Shown: positions 1 through 13,470 of the stretch, in pieces
How positions within the stretch are numbered: position 1 is the stretch's first letter
Layout: each line of letters begins with the position of its first letter
From: Oopsacas minuta
Taxonomy: Eukaryota; Animalia; Porifera
DNA: 64,000 bases
NCBI GenBank assembly: GCA_024704765.1
Contig: JAKMXF010000364.1
Coordinates: 1-64,000 of the forward strand
Direction: 5' to 3'
Notes under the pieces: model-generated
The model's input: only the letters and a program-made list of their open reading frames with translations
Told to the model about the DNA's origin: nothing
Databases searched by the model: none
Position numbers and translations under genes: made by a program

Positions 1-817
1 GGAACGAAATGTAATTCTGAGAGGCCACGATAGCTCATAATGGCCCAGACCATCACTTTTGGGGTGTTTTTGATAACTTCACGAGGTGGTACTTTGGAGT
101 TGTCAGTGGACCAAACCCTATCAATTTGGGCGGAACTGGGATGAAAAAGTTCATATGGTGATTCATCACTCCATAGGACTCGTTTCCACTCATCCAAATT
201 CCAATTTTCCCTTTCAATACAAAAATTTAGCCGATTTTCCCTCTGTTTTTCAGTCAATTTGGGAATTTGGGCCTTTTATAGGCAGTTGCTCCAATCGTTT
301 CCTTCAAATAACGGTGAACAGTCGATTTAGAGATATCATAACCCTTTCGCTTGAGTTTTATCGCGATCTTTCTAGTGGATTGACGAATTTTGCCAAGAGA
401 TTTGGATATAACTATTTTCGCCTCCCTTGTGATCGTTTTGGACGCCCAGCACCGGCCTTATGTCCTAGATATTGACTTCGTCTATATCGTGCCCACCAAT
501 GCTGTATCGTTCTGAGTGGTTTGTCTAAGGTCTTAGCAACATCTTTCTGCACCATCCCACCAATAATCATTCCGACTGCCCAGTTACGAAGTGTTTCGGA
601 GGAATTTTTGACATTCATGATTAAATAATTAAACAAGTTGATGAAATACTCGATTGTGATAAATTCACTGAAGAAAATATAAGATTCCATATAAATTCTA
701 ATGATAATTCACGCTAGTACTTGTATATGAAAAACTATACAAATTGAAAGCAAACTGGAAATACGGTAAACGAATATCTACAAATATCGGATACGACAAT
801 AATTATGGGACACCCTG
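1..817 (-). mobile_element. Tc1-family transposon, 5' part (runs off window start), transposase frameshifted
   Basis: Minus-strand translation from ATG at 618 gives a paired-like HTH (WWARYRR...GAGRPKR), then STVHRYL, VLWSDES (first catalytic D) and KVMVWAIMSYRG across frameshifts. Terminus reads TA|CAGGGTGTCCCATAATTATTGTCG, with TA at 818-819. Confidence 0.85.
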
Positions 818-1252
818 TAGATTCTCAAAAGTAGTGTCATACAAACAATTTCTTAATCAGTCGAACAACTTACGAGTGTAAACTTTACGACGCTTCGCCC
901 ATTGGATACTTAAATGACATCCAAAACGTGCACACCCAGAAGATGTTTGGATAGATCCACTCCTACAGAGGTGGCCTTCAAGCAGAGTTCACCGCATCCA
1001 ATTGTGATACAAGAATAAAACAATGAACAAATAGATTTCGTTTATTCGCTATATCATATAGGAAGAGAAAACAGGCTTATAAAATAATTGAAAATGGGAA
1101 TGAAATTTGTAAAATAAGAAACAGTAACAGGGTCGCAATTGTATTATTCTTAAAATTTGAAATTTTGAGCAGATTAAAATTGTCAAGTACCTTTCAGGAC
1201 AGCCTACAGAATATATCGGGGATGACAGCAACCTGAAATTTTTGGAATAGAG

Positions 1253-1322
1253 ATGATCAATGGATACATATATAAACATGAAATGATCAATCGATACTTG
1301 TATAAACATGAAATGATCAATT
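1253..1322. repeat. 30-bp tandem repeat, about 2.3 copies
   Basis: Unit ATGATCAATgGATACatATATAAACATGAA repeated with few mismatches. Confidence 0.8.
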
Positions 1323-1616
1323 GTTCCTAATATAAACAATTCATAAAATGCAAAATACAAAAGTTGACGAATTCTTGAGTTATAGTAAATAGCAGTGATG
1401 ATACATTTCTGAATTTCCAATTATAACTCAATGATCGTTAAAATAATGAGATTCCGTAAGTATAGCTGAGCAATAGTATGGTACAGTGTTTTTGCAATAT
1501 AAAAAATCATGCCCTCATTCGAAAAGGTGAATTTCATTAATCCGAAAAATAGAACTTTCCTCCAAGATAGAAAACAAATACACAAAAACTGTACTATAGC
1601 TTAGCAGAACAATATA

Positions 1617-1798
1617 GAATAGACTCTCGTTAATAAGTACACCAGGGGACTAGCAAAATTCGTGCTCCTTATCCGGAGTATGTATTATCCGAACTACTAC
1701 ATTGAAAAGGCATCGAAGGGGACTAATAAAGTGTACAAATTTGTACTCCTTATCCAGAGTCATGCCTTAACTGTGTTCGTATTAACGAGACTCTACTG
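1617..1798. mobile_element. pogo/Tigger-like MITE
   Basis: Imperfect ~26-bp TIR (left gaatagactctcgttaataagtacac; right reverse complement cagtagagtctcgttaatacgaacac), TA on both sides. Confidence 0.65.
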
Positions 1799-4700
1799 TA
1801 TAAGTTATTTGTAAATAATTCTCAATTGAGGATATTCAATTTGTAGGAAATACACGATTTCCCATTCCCTGAAAAGAAATATTGATATGATGATTCTTAC
1901 CAATATGACGTAATTGGGAACTACCCATATATGGGCGCATTTAACTTTACGCAATAATCCTCATGTATATCCTATCAAAAATTCATAATCAGGGTATGTG
2001 GAAGTCAAGATTTACAACAATTGGCTAACATCATATGATAATATTTTAAACGATTATAGAGTTATAATTGGATATTCATAAAGTGTCATCCCTGAGCATT
2101 AAAGTAACTCAAGAATGAACTTATTGGTAACTTCATGTATCCAGTTTGAAATTAATGATGAAGTATCTAACGTTCTATAGGGGCATCAAAGAATGACATA
2201 GTTTAACAATTAAATGCTTACTAGACACATAGTTCGACCTCTTTCTGAAATTTATTAGCAAAAGGTTGATAACTTGGTCTACATTTATGTAATACATGTA
2301 TTCGGTAGAAAATGCATCGTTTCTGCAAAATAAAATCATAAGGGATATGTTACATCGGGTTACGCATCCTTAGTCCAATTACTGTCAGCCTTAGATAGAG
2401 TAAGATACGCATTCAATAACCATAAGTGAATACTAAAGAAATTCTACTGTGAAATATCAATTACTCATAACTTGGGAGCCAATAACCTTATCCTTCTTAA
2501 TGAAACAGCAGTTTAGTCCTACTAACAGTAGAAGTTAATAACAACGATTGTAATTGGGTTATATATGTTAAATGTAATTCCAATTGGCAATTTGGTAGTT
2601 AATTCATATCTGAAGGGCTCTCAACCTGGAAACCTTCAAATTGGAGAGATTCATAAAAACCTCACGATATATCTTAAGATGTGCAATTTATCATGACTTT
2701 TCTGTGAATAGACCAGGGATTCTGCAGTAATTGTAGAACAGAAATCGTGAGAGTTTAGAGCCCTGTAATTAACCCTAACTGTGTCCCAATTATAACCAAA
2801 CATTTGATAAATAAAAAACAAGAGATAATACCATATGAGCTCTCGTCTATTTTGATCACGAAAATAACACAGTTTTTCGCCATGAAGTCTGGGTTTTTGG
2901 AAATGTTCATTTCAATTAGGAAATTTGAAGTTTTGTAGCTCATAATGCAAGGATTGCAAAGTAATATTCGATTATTGCCTGCCTTAATGAAGTAATGCTG
3001 TGCTGACTCAAACACATTTGTCCATGTTTCTGAATATACATAACCAATCAAGTAGCTGTCTCAGGACGTATGTAAAAAAATTATTTGAATCTATAAAATA
3101 GATTACCGGATAGAAAATTAGGACAATTAGGTTGTTGAAGATATGGGAAGGCTGTAGCCTCCCCTGACCAAATCATTCAAACTCGAATAGTTTGAACACC
3201 GTGGAACAATCACTTGGCTAAGAATATAGAAATGAGCACATAATGCATATTTGACTAAAGAATTATCAACGAATGCATATTTGAAGATAAATATCGATTT
3301 CCTGAATCTGTAAGGTAATTCGTAAGAAATATTGAAAAATTGGAGTTAATTGAAATGAGAATTTCTAAAAACTTGGAAATGATGGAGAAAAACTGATGCT
3401 ATTTCGGAATTAGAATAGTCTATCGCACCTTGTGCAATAAATCATGTCTATCTATAAATTTTGCTACTGAACAGCGGTATTAATATGGGATATAGTAGTT
3501 ATGTCAGAAAAGGATTCAATGCATTTAGCTGGTATGGTCACTATTTAGTGCATTGTTACGATACACCGTTACGATATTGCAGGAAACAAGTAGTTAATGG
3601 AGGCATACCTTCCAAACTCTTGTTAGCAAAATCCCTGGATGCAGGGAAAATATTCCACACATTTCTCCAGCTATTGGATTAATGAGCGCTCAGTAAGTTC
3701 ACTCTAACTTGTAAATTTGTTGTTCAAAGACCAAAAGCCAGGTAATATGAAGGTTCCAATGACCCAATTGCAATATATCATTATCTAAATAACCATCATA
3801 ATTGGTGGAGATTATCGAAACACCCCGAGGAAATATTTTAAATCATAGCAAAAATGTTTTTTGCTCAAATTAAAATGAAATCACCCAATACGAAATGAAA
3901 CCGGGATCGCGAGGACTTGGTTATAACGAGAGATAACTGTAGTACATAACAGATACTAGAGTATGAGAAATAAGGGGAGTCACAGTAAAATTTGTAATTA
4001 CGTACTGTCTAGTGAATTTAACAGGCGAATAATATTTAAAGTAAAGTGTCTACCTGATTTAGAGTCTTTATCAGCTTGTTTATGACAATGAAATTGAAAT
4101 TAATCTTATCCTTTTGTTTAACTAAACTATCAGGTTGTAACTTAATTGCTTTAACTCTAAATAGATCCTCATTGATTCTTGGTCTTTTCTTATAAGAGAT
4201 ATGATGTTGATTTGGGGACGGGAATATATCCATCAAACTAAAGAAAAGTATTTACTTAGAATTGCCTGTATTCTATACAGTTAAAAAGTTAAGGGAATTA
4301 AACACAATATCGGTGAAGTAAAGTTAGGTGGCCAAAAGAGCTTACTAAAACAAGAAATCTTAGGTTTTCTGAGAAAATACTAGACTTGCGTGGAGACAAA
4401 ATTAGACATAAATGGGCGTAAAAGCTCGACATCCCACTTAATGAGTTTTTGTCGATAGTTAAGGAAGCAAGACTTTATCGGGTACGTCCGGTTACCTAAC
4501 TCTAGGATAAAACCCTGGAAGAATGTATGTAAAAGTTGCCGATTTGCTCCAAAATTTTTCGAAATTTGCCTTTGCAAATGCAAATATCTGGGGTGGAATG
4601 TCGAATTACGGATTCCACAAACACAATTTTTAGCGTCTGAATTGGAGAAATCAAATCCTTGACAACATAGGAATGTCGTTGATATGTGGCAAGATGACAT

Positions 4701-4863
4701 GATGACAAAGCACCTCAAATCTCGTTTAGGCCCATTTGCTACCACATATGATTCACATATACCTTCTCTTAGGTCATTTTCATGTATCACAAATTCCCTC
4801 TAATACCAATAAATTCATCAAACTAGTGTAGCAATGAAGAGACATTGTGACTTTTGAGCTATA

Positions 4864-6193
4864 TTAGGGCGTTCAATAGTCTTGCGGGTGATATCATAGA
4901 AAATGATACAAACACTATACATACTAATTCACTATATTATTTATTCAAAGTAATCCCCTCCTGCAGATACACAAAGTTTTAACCTTCCAACCACTTGTAA
5001 AACACATTTCTGTACTCCTCAGGGGATGGATTTGAAGTACTGGTACAGGCCCGTTCCGAGTGCTTGTAATGTGTTAAAATCTTTGCCCTGAAGGTAGATT
5101 TTAAGCTTGGGGAAGAGCCAAAAATCACACAGAGCTAGGCCTGGTGAGTATGGTGGATGGGGAAGTAATTCTAACCCTTCTAGATCCAAGAAATTTTTGG
5201 TAAGCTTAGCTGTATGGGAACTGGTGTTATCAGTTAAAATCTTCATTCCAAGAGTCCCGGTTTTCGGGCGGTACTTTTCTATATTTTTTATCAAATTTGG
5301 AAGCACTTGCTCTGTAAAGAAAGTAGCAGTAACAGCCTTGCCACTCTCACAAGGTAATTGCAAGACAATTCCATGACTACTGAAGAAGATGGTATACATA
5401 ATCTTAGGTTTTCTGAAGTCGGGCCTAGGAATTTTGGCCGGTTATTCGCTGCCCTTCACCCATGATCGCTTCTTATACTTGCTATATGGTGTTGAATAGT
5501 ACACCCACGTCTTGTCACCAGTAATAATTTCTGTTAGGCGTCTAGAATCGCAGTTCTCATAAGTTTCCAAGAGTTTCTTGGCAATATTCAGTCGTGCCAA
5601 CCTTTGATTCTCACTGAGCTTTTTCGGGACCCATTTCCCACAAATCGATCGGTTGCCAAGCTCAGTCACCAGAATTGTATGAATAGCTCCCGATGAAATT
5701 TCCAAACTTTGTTCTAACTGATTGACAGTAATACACTTGTCTTCCATGACCATACTTTCAATGAGTGCGATATTCTCTGAAGTGGTGGCGGATACCGCTC
5801 TTCCAGATCGGGGCAAATCTGTGACATCAGCATCACCAGATCTAAAACGGGCAACCCATCGCTCTACAGTAGATCTGGAAGGGCAATTCACGCACAATAC
5901 TCCTGTAACTCGCTGAAGATCTGTACGGGCTGGATCTTGAGTATTGTGCGAAACTCTATGTAAGCTCGCCATTTGAGGTTGAAATTATCATCCTTTGAAG
6001 CCATAAATTCAACAGTGGGTATAAATTGACTACACGTAACTATCTCAAAAATTCATAATTTGTATTGAATAAGCTTGAAACTTTCAGTATATGGAGTTTA
6101 ACTATATGGGATTATAATATATGAAAGTTAGATATATTACTCGACTAATTCCTAAGATATATCATGACCCGCAAGACTTTTTGAACGCCCTGA
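4864..6193 (-). mobile_element. mariner (DD34D) transposon, copy 1, 1330 bp, defective
   Basis: TIRs TTAGGGCGTTCAATAGTCTTGCGGGT / TCAGGGCGTTCAAAAAGTCTTGCGGGT flanked by TA at 4862-4863 and 6194-6195. Encodes a mariner transposase. Confidence 0.95.
4941..6004 (-). pseudogene. mariner transposase pseudogene (copy 1)
   Basis: HTH (PSRSTVERWVARF...RSGR), WVPKKL, ITGDKTWV, TDNTSSH, HPPYSPGLALCDF, with 34 residues between the 2nd and 3rd D. Early frameshift, one in-frame TAA and C-terminal frameshifts. Confidence 0.92.
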
Positions 6194-7724
6194 TACTAGA
6201 TTATTAGGAGTATCATGGACTTGTAAATGATCGAAATGTAATGAATAAGGTTCGATTGTATCATACTCTTCTGAGTCATTTATATTGCTAATCCTTATCC
6301 GCTTTGTTATGCCGAACTCCATAAGTGTTCTGGGCAAAGGAGGAACAGTTCTCTTTTTCATAGCAACGTGCTGATGATTGATACATATAACAAATTAGTA
6401 GAGGGCTATAATACATAAATACAGAAGTATGTGCAAATGACTGTGGGTGATTAGTGAATATTTAGGTGGATATAAAATGAGAAACTATGTGTTATTAAAT
6501 AAGATTCATGTAATCAAAGGATGAAACATAGATTCGCTATTTATCAACTCTAAAATAATATAATAGTCTTTAGAGAAAAAATTGAAATAAGGGGTCCGGA
6601 CCCCTGGACCCCCTCCATACGCCCACCAATGATTTAAATTCTGGAAAACTGAACTTGGCCGAATGGTATAAGGCCAAGCACCCATTAGTATGCCTCATTA
6701 GAATCAGAGCGGATAGCGAACACTTCATGTTCGCGGGTTGCACCCTCCGCGTGCTCGTGTATTCTTATAGATATATGGGCCATTTAAACGCTACATAACG
6801 CAAATTCCATAAATTTGACATGCCTCCCTGCGTCACGCGTTTTCAACGTTTTGTAATCCAAAAAAATGGACTGTCACATTTTTCATACCACCCCTCCCTT
6901 TGTAGTGTTAAGTATTTTGAACAGCCCCTATTATACATAGTTTAGATATAAAGTATTTTCAGTATATATAATGCATCAAAACGACTCAAAGGAGAGGTTC
7001 TATAGACCACATTAGTTAAGCATTTATTCTACCTTTTAAAGATACGTAGGCTTTAATGAATGTGGTTAATACTTACCTGTATTTAACTCTGCCTTTGGCT
7101 CTTTTTCGCCATTTTGATTACTTCTCATTGACATCAATTTAGCATGCTTACATATGCAGACCTGTAACTTTCATTTAATATCCGCGGAATGATATATTAA
7201 AAGTTTTAGTTTTCGATGTATTTATACTTTATGGTATAAATGGTAGTTATTTTAATTGATCAATTAGTAAACAAAAATAAACATAGTTACATATTTATGC
7301 CATTGGTAGTTTAATTAAATATATATCGAGTATGTACATATCGTCCACACTTTTGTGGTGGTTACAAAGGCTAGTTACAAAGTACGTTTCAATTAACAAA
7401 CCGTAGTTTGAGGTTATCAAATTGGAATTTTAAAAATCTTCCGTAATTGGAACCATTGCATAATTTTTTTGCATCCTAGGTCAAAGCCTAACATATGATA
7501 GAGTAATATGAGCACAATTGGTAAAATCCTCGGATCTGATAAGTCAATACATTTTGACACTTATCTCAGAGAGTCTTTGAGATATCGCTTAGATCTTGGA
7601 ACTCTTTCTTAGATATATCACATTCCACGCACATGCCAAATTTGAAATTTCAAGATTCTAGCTCTTGCCAGTTTTTCAATCAATCCCAAGCAAAAATAGC
7701 AAATTTAACCATTTAGAAATTATA

Positions 7725-9054
7725 TCAGGGCGTTCAAAAAGTCTTGCGGGTCATGATATATCTTAGGAATTAGTCGAGTAATATATCTAACTTTCATATA
7801 TTATAATCCCATATAGTTAAACTCCATATACTGAAAGTTTCAAGCTTATTCAATACAAATTATGAATTTTTGAGATAGTTACGTGTAGTCAATTTATACC
7901 CACTGTTGAATTTATGGCTTCAAAGGATGATAATTTCAACCTCAAATGGCGAGCTTACATAGAGTTTCGCACAATACTCAAGATCCAGCCCGTACAGATC
8001 TTCAGCGAGTTACAGGAGTATTGTGCGTGAATTGCCCTTCCAGATCTACTGTAGAGCGATGGGTTGCCCGTTTTAGATCTGGTGATGCTGATGTCACAGA
8101 TTTGCCCCGATCTGGAAGAGCGGTATCCGCCACCACTTCAGAGAATATCGCACTCATTGAAAGTATGGTCATGGAAGACAAGTGTATTACTGTCAATCAG
8201 TTAGAACAAAGTTTGGAAATTTCATCGGGAGCTATTCATACAATTCTGGTGACTGAGCTTGGCAACCGATCGATTTGTGGGAAATGGGTCCCGAAAAAGC
8301 TCAGTGAGAATCAAAGGTTGGCACGACTGAATATTGCCAAGAAACTCTTGGAAACTTATGAGAACTGCGATTCTAGACGCCTAACAGAAATTATTACTGG
8401 TGACAAGACGTGGGTGTACTATTCAACACCATATAGCAAGTATAAGAAGCGATCATGGGTGAAGGGCAGCGAATAACCGGCCAAAATTCCTAGGCCCGAC
8501 TTCAGAAAACCTAAGATTATGTATACCATCTTCTTCAGTAGTCATGGAATTGTCTTGCAATTACCTTGTGAGAGTGGCAAGGCTGTTACTGCTACTTTCT
8601 TTACAGAGCAAGTGCTTCCAAATTTGATAAAAAATATAGAAAAGTACCGCCCGAAAACCGGGACTCTTGGAATGAAGATTTTAACTGATAACACCAGTTC
8701 CCATACAGCTAAGCTTACCAAAAATTTCTTGGATCTAGAAGGGTTAGAATTACTTCCCCATCCACCATACTCACCAGGCCTAGCTCTGTGTGATTTTTGG
8801 CTCTTCCCCAAGCTTAAAATCTACCTTCAGGGCAAAGATTTTAACACATTACAAGCACTCGGAACGGGCCTGTACCAGTACTTCAAATCCATCCCCTGAG
8901 GAGTACAGAAATGTGTTTTACAAGTGGTTGGAAGGTTAAAACTTTGTGTATCTGCAGGAGGGGATTACTTTGAATAAATAATATAGTGAATTAGTATGTA
9001 TAGTGTTTGTATCATTTTCTATGATATCACCCGCAAGACTATTGAACGCCCTAG
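7725..9054 (+). mobile_element. mariner (DD34D) transposon, copy 2, 1330 bp, inverted twin of 4864-6193
   Basis: Same TIRs, TA at 7723-7724 and 9055-9056. ORF translations are identical to copy 1. Positions mirror as p1=13918-p2. Confidence 0.95.
7914..8977 (+). pseudogene. mariner transposase pseudogene (copy 2)
   Basis: True start MASKDDNFNLKWRAYIEFRTILKIQPVQIFSELQE, frameshift near 8018, TAA at 8474-8476 with the frame continuing to ATG 8519, and frameshifts near 8895-8930 before LKLCVSAGGDYFE*. Confidence 0.92.
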
Positions 9055-9056
9055 TA

Positions 9057-11439
9057 GAATGCCCCAGTAATTCATCAGCTACAATTTTTGAATTCCAAGT
9101 CCTATCTCCAGATGTTGCAAATTTAGCCCCTCAAGATCCAGGGGTTATTGAGTCTGTTTCTCCCATAACCCAATATGATGTTGGAGCTATCTTACCTGGT
9201 AAAGTAATCCGAGAAGATCTCACTAATGATGAAAAGGTCAATTATATTCCACCTCATTTCACTCCTGGGAAGAAATTTGACTTATTTATAACCGAGTCAA
9301 TAGTTCGTGGAAAGACACAGCAAAAAGAAAGTTCTTGTTTTCCAACACTCTTGGCTAGATCGATATAGATGGTTAGTTTATAGCATTTCTGTTGGTGAAG
9401 GATTCTATAAATTCTGCATTCTCTTCTCATCTGAAATTGACAAGGGGAAATATTGTGGGGTGCTAGTAAACAGACCTTTCATAAACCTTGCCAAAGCTAC
9501 AGGGAAAGGTGGTATTTTGGAACATCATCAACGCCTCCAATATCACAAAGATGCCTTTCAGAATGGTTTAGTATTACTACAGCATCAAAAGCATCCAGAA
9601 AGAGATCTACCATTAGTTTTCAGTCGTGGCACCAAAGAATCATATTCCATGAACTAACATATTTTAAAGAGTATTGTTGAAGCTGTGATATTTTGTGGGA
9701 AACAAAATCTACCCTAAGGGGGCATAGGGATTCCCATAATAGTTTATCTTCTAACAAAGGAAACTTGTGGGCAATTCTCGAGGTGATGTCTAAGTGTGAT
9801 CCTATTCTACAGAAACATCTATAAATGGGAAAGAAAAATGCACAATATACTTCAAAACAATCCAAAACGAAATTATTGACATTGCTGGAGAATATATCAG
9901 GAAGGAGAACACCCGAACGTTAGAAATGAAATTTCCTTCTTCTCCATTATGGGTGATGAGGTTACAGATCCACATAGTAACCAGGAGATTCTCTCAGTTT
10001 GCCTGAGAATGCTTGATAAAACAAATATTAAAGAGTTTTTCTTTGATTTTGTGAATCTAGAGAGAGCAACTGGGGAGTCAATTGCAATGGCTATTATCGA
10101 AAGTCTAAAACAGCATCACGTCGATATAAATAAGGTTAGGGGTCAATGTTATGACGGCGCATCATGTATGTCCTCTAACAATGTTGGAGTCCAAGCAAGG
10201 ATAAAGCAGGTATCTCCTTTCGCACTATATGTACCACTGCCACAGTCATGAACTTAATCTGAGTATAGCTAGTGCATGCAAACTACCTACAATCAGGAAC
10301 ATGATTGATACTCTAAATTCCATTTTCCTATTCTTTAATTTGTCCCCTAAAAGACAGCGATTCTATGAAAAAATACTTGATAGTTTCGCACCAGATTTGA
10401 CCAAAAAAACCTTGTAGGACTTTGCAAGACCGGTGGGTAGAAAGGCACACATGCTATGATACTTTCTATACAATGTATGAGTTTTTATGTGAATGTTTTG
10501 AAGCGATGTTAAATCCATCTAGTTATCCACAAATCTATGACGGTATCTGGAGGAATAACTGGGACAAGGAAACGAGAATAAAGGCACGTGGATTAATTTT
10601 AAATCTTGAATCTTCAGAAACCATAATTGCCTTTATTGTAGCGAAAAATGTTTTAGAGAATATAAGACCTATCGCATCCAAATACAGAAGAGGGATTTGG
10701 ATGTCTACCATGCATTTAACATGATCGACGAGATAAAGAAACGAATCGAAACGTTACGATTTGAAATAGAAGCTGAGTTTAATGTATGGTACGAAGAAGC
10801 AACACACTTGTTTAGGAAGCTTGGAATTACCATACAATTCCCAAGAATTATTGGCTCTGGCAGGCAGATACACAGAGCAAATGCGTCAAGTACTTGCCCA
10901 AAGGAATACTATTTACGCAATTTGGCAATTCCATTTGTTGATCATTTATTGTAGAATTGGATAATAGATTCAAAAAATCAAGCAGACAAGGAGTAGAGAT
11001 ACTTGCATTACTTCCTGACTCTATCGCATTGCAAGGCATGGATATACAACTAGTTGTAGTCAATCTATTGTTTCGGGAGGCAGATCTTCCATTTTCTTCC
11101 TCACTTCGGTTGAGGTAAAAGAGTGGCAATGTTATTGGGGATCTAAAGAGCCCATACCGTCTTCAATTAACCTGCAGATGTATAAGTCACGCAGACGAGG
11201 ATACTTTCCCAAATATATTCACTCTCTTGAAAATAGGATGTACTCTCCCAGTCGGAAGTTGTGAGGCGGAGCGCTCGTTCTCGTGCCTTCGTAAGGTGAA
11301 GACCTATCTTCGAAGTACAATTGGACAAGAGCGGCTACCTGGCCTTACTCTAATGAACATGAACCACAGTATAGAAATCAGTCTGGAAAGGATTTGCCAG
11401 ATGTTCATAGGAAGGCACAAACGTAGAATGTTTTTCTAG
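9057..11439 (+). pseudogene. hAT transposase pseudogene (TTF-type Zn finger, DUF4371-like region, hATC dimerisation domain)
   Basis: FQHSWLDRYRWLVYS, FCGKQNLPLRGHRD, GDEVTD, GQCYDGAS, HCHSHELNL, CKTRWVERH (frameshifted), LPVGSCEAERSFSCLRKVKTYLRSTIGQERL. Many stops and frameshifts. Confidence 0.92.
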
Positions 11440-13470
11440 TTCTATACTCTACGATTAGAATTCATTACAAATTTAACTTCAATTTTGGTAGAAATTTTGA
11501 TGTTGTTTTGCCTATCACCTATATTTATAATACTAGCTAGTTAATTTTAAGGCTTTCACTCAATATTCGGAAATTTGGAATTGACACGTTTGGAACAAGT
11601 TTTTATGACCGAGACCCATTAGTACCGGGAGTTGGTGTAGATGAATGTACTCCACCCCAGCCCATATTATGGTGATCTTTCAAGGGGCGAAGACCTTTGA
11701 CCCGACGTACATTGTCAGAAATCTTGCGAATCCTAAGGTGTAGTAATTACGTAGTAAAGTGAAAAATTTCGAGATTCAAAGGTTCCTGACAGTAGAAAAG
11801 CAACTAATGTTATGAAAAATAGTGTTTGTCGTCCAGGGGCTTTGCCCCTGGACCCCACTGGGAGGTTAACAGCGCCTCCTAGACCCCCAGCTGGGTGGTG
11901 GTATCCTTTCACAAAATCCTTGGACCCCCTCTTTAAAAAATTCCTAAATCCGCCTATGCTAAGTAGTATTTATTTAGTTTATTAAATGGATATATTATTC
12001 TTAACCGAAAGTTTAAGCAGAGTATTCAAAATGTTTAAGTTTATGGTTAGTTTGTACGAAAAAAGTGAATGATATACTCGGGAATGAATGAATAGCTAAA
12101 CTTTCAAAACTATATACATAAGTATATAAGTATATACTTATCCATTCCGATACCTAAAATGGTCATGGCTCGGTTTTGCTGGGGAAGTCAAACTTAGTCA
12201 CAGAGAGATTTTAAATGAATTTCTAGCAGAATGATCTTCTGTGGTCAATTTGACTAACCATGACCAAATGTGGCCAAGGGTAACCAAACCTAACCAAAAT
12301 ATAGACCTAGTTGTGGTCATGATACACAATTTTGCACAACTGGTGGCAATATTCATAAGAGTTTGTGTAATACCAATTGAGATGATAGTCGGCCTAGTAA
12401 TTGTTCTTAGAGAGGCCCCAGAAATTTGTCCCAGATCCCCCCTCTCAGTGACCCTGATCTTCAGAGATAGGCAGAATCAACTGGATTTATATGATGTTAT
12501 CAGCCGTTACAGGATAACTCGAATAATCCTTTTGCAGGTACAAGGTAAAATTGAGGTTTTTTTCAACGGAGCACTCTAAGATCAACACCAACTAGCACCC
12601 TAATTGCTATTTGGCATTACAATATCTGCAACAGATACATTCAAAATTTTAGGGCTGTCTCAATTAATAAATCACACTTACCTGCCAATACACTACCATC
12701 GTATAATTGGACATGATAAATCATCCATTGCATTAAAAGTGCACAAGTGCTACCACCATTACACACTGCGGTAGAATATCCTTAATGATATACAAACAAT
12801 TTATGAGATAAGTCTAGTCCTAAGGTGACTAGGCTTGAGTAAATACAGTCGAAATCAGTTTTTCTTACTTATAGATATACTCTTACTATATTTCATGCAC
12901 AAGTAGTACAGAATGTATCATTGACACCCATTTTCTATTAGTTTTTCTTACCATCGGTATTTTCTTACATTATTCCCTTTCAAAGAAATAGTAATCACAA
13001 ACAAGTACCTACAGTACTTACTTTCGACAATAAATGGTAAAACTAAGCATGTGCTTAGTTTCCCATGTAAGACGAGTAAAACTTCCTTGGTATTCCTTAG
13101 TGAATAACAAGTCATGTTTCTATGAATTCTTGAAAAATACTTACTTGACATTTATTTATATTTATTTACTAATAACTAAGTTTGTACTAAGTTTTAGTTA
13201 GTTTTAGCAATACTGAAGTTTGAGGAGTTCAGTGAATTGTGTCCCAAGCAAATTAAACTAAATGTCAAAATTTATGTGTGGTATCCAATTTCCAACTTGT
13301 TGCCATTTTCGGGCTACTTTGATAATTGGCATCGATATATCCAAATTTTGTCATGATGAGTAATTATGAAAATTATACACCAAGCATGATGCTTTATTAT
13401 AAACAAATATATTTACTCTCTGAATGGTTTCAGCCTGTAACATTTATTTTTGAGGCAATCTATGAAATAA

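Larger units (their letters stand above)
7655..11958 (+). mobile_element. hAT transposon (THAP12/PRKRIR- and ZMYM1-like transposase), interrupted by mariner copy 2; 5' end not found
   Basis: The reading frame continues across the mariner TA site (IPSKNSKFNHLEII|ECPSNSS). GC-rich 3' subterminal region ends ...ttcctaaatccgcctatg at 11958. The left boundary is approximate. Confidence 0.7.

Noticed and set aside
4356-4372. Exact 17-bp match (aatcttaggttttctga) to the mariner interior at 5400-5416
   Set aside because: About one such match is expected by chance in 64 kb of AT-rich DNA, and the similarity does not extend.
5107-8811. Short antisense ORFs (5107-5376, 5722-5916, 8002-8196, 8542-8811) and similar ones opposite Hsp110 and other transposases
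   Set aside because: They are shadows of the real coding strand with no independent features.
4941-8977. SETMAR-like host gene
   Set aside because: No SET domain. The transposase sits between TIRs with TA flanks and is broken.
12200-12800. Possible gag zinc-knuckle/protease remnant on the plus strand
   Set aside because: Cys/His spacing does not fit CX2CX4HX4C, there is no DTG/DSG motif, and no RT or LTR nearby.
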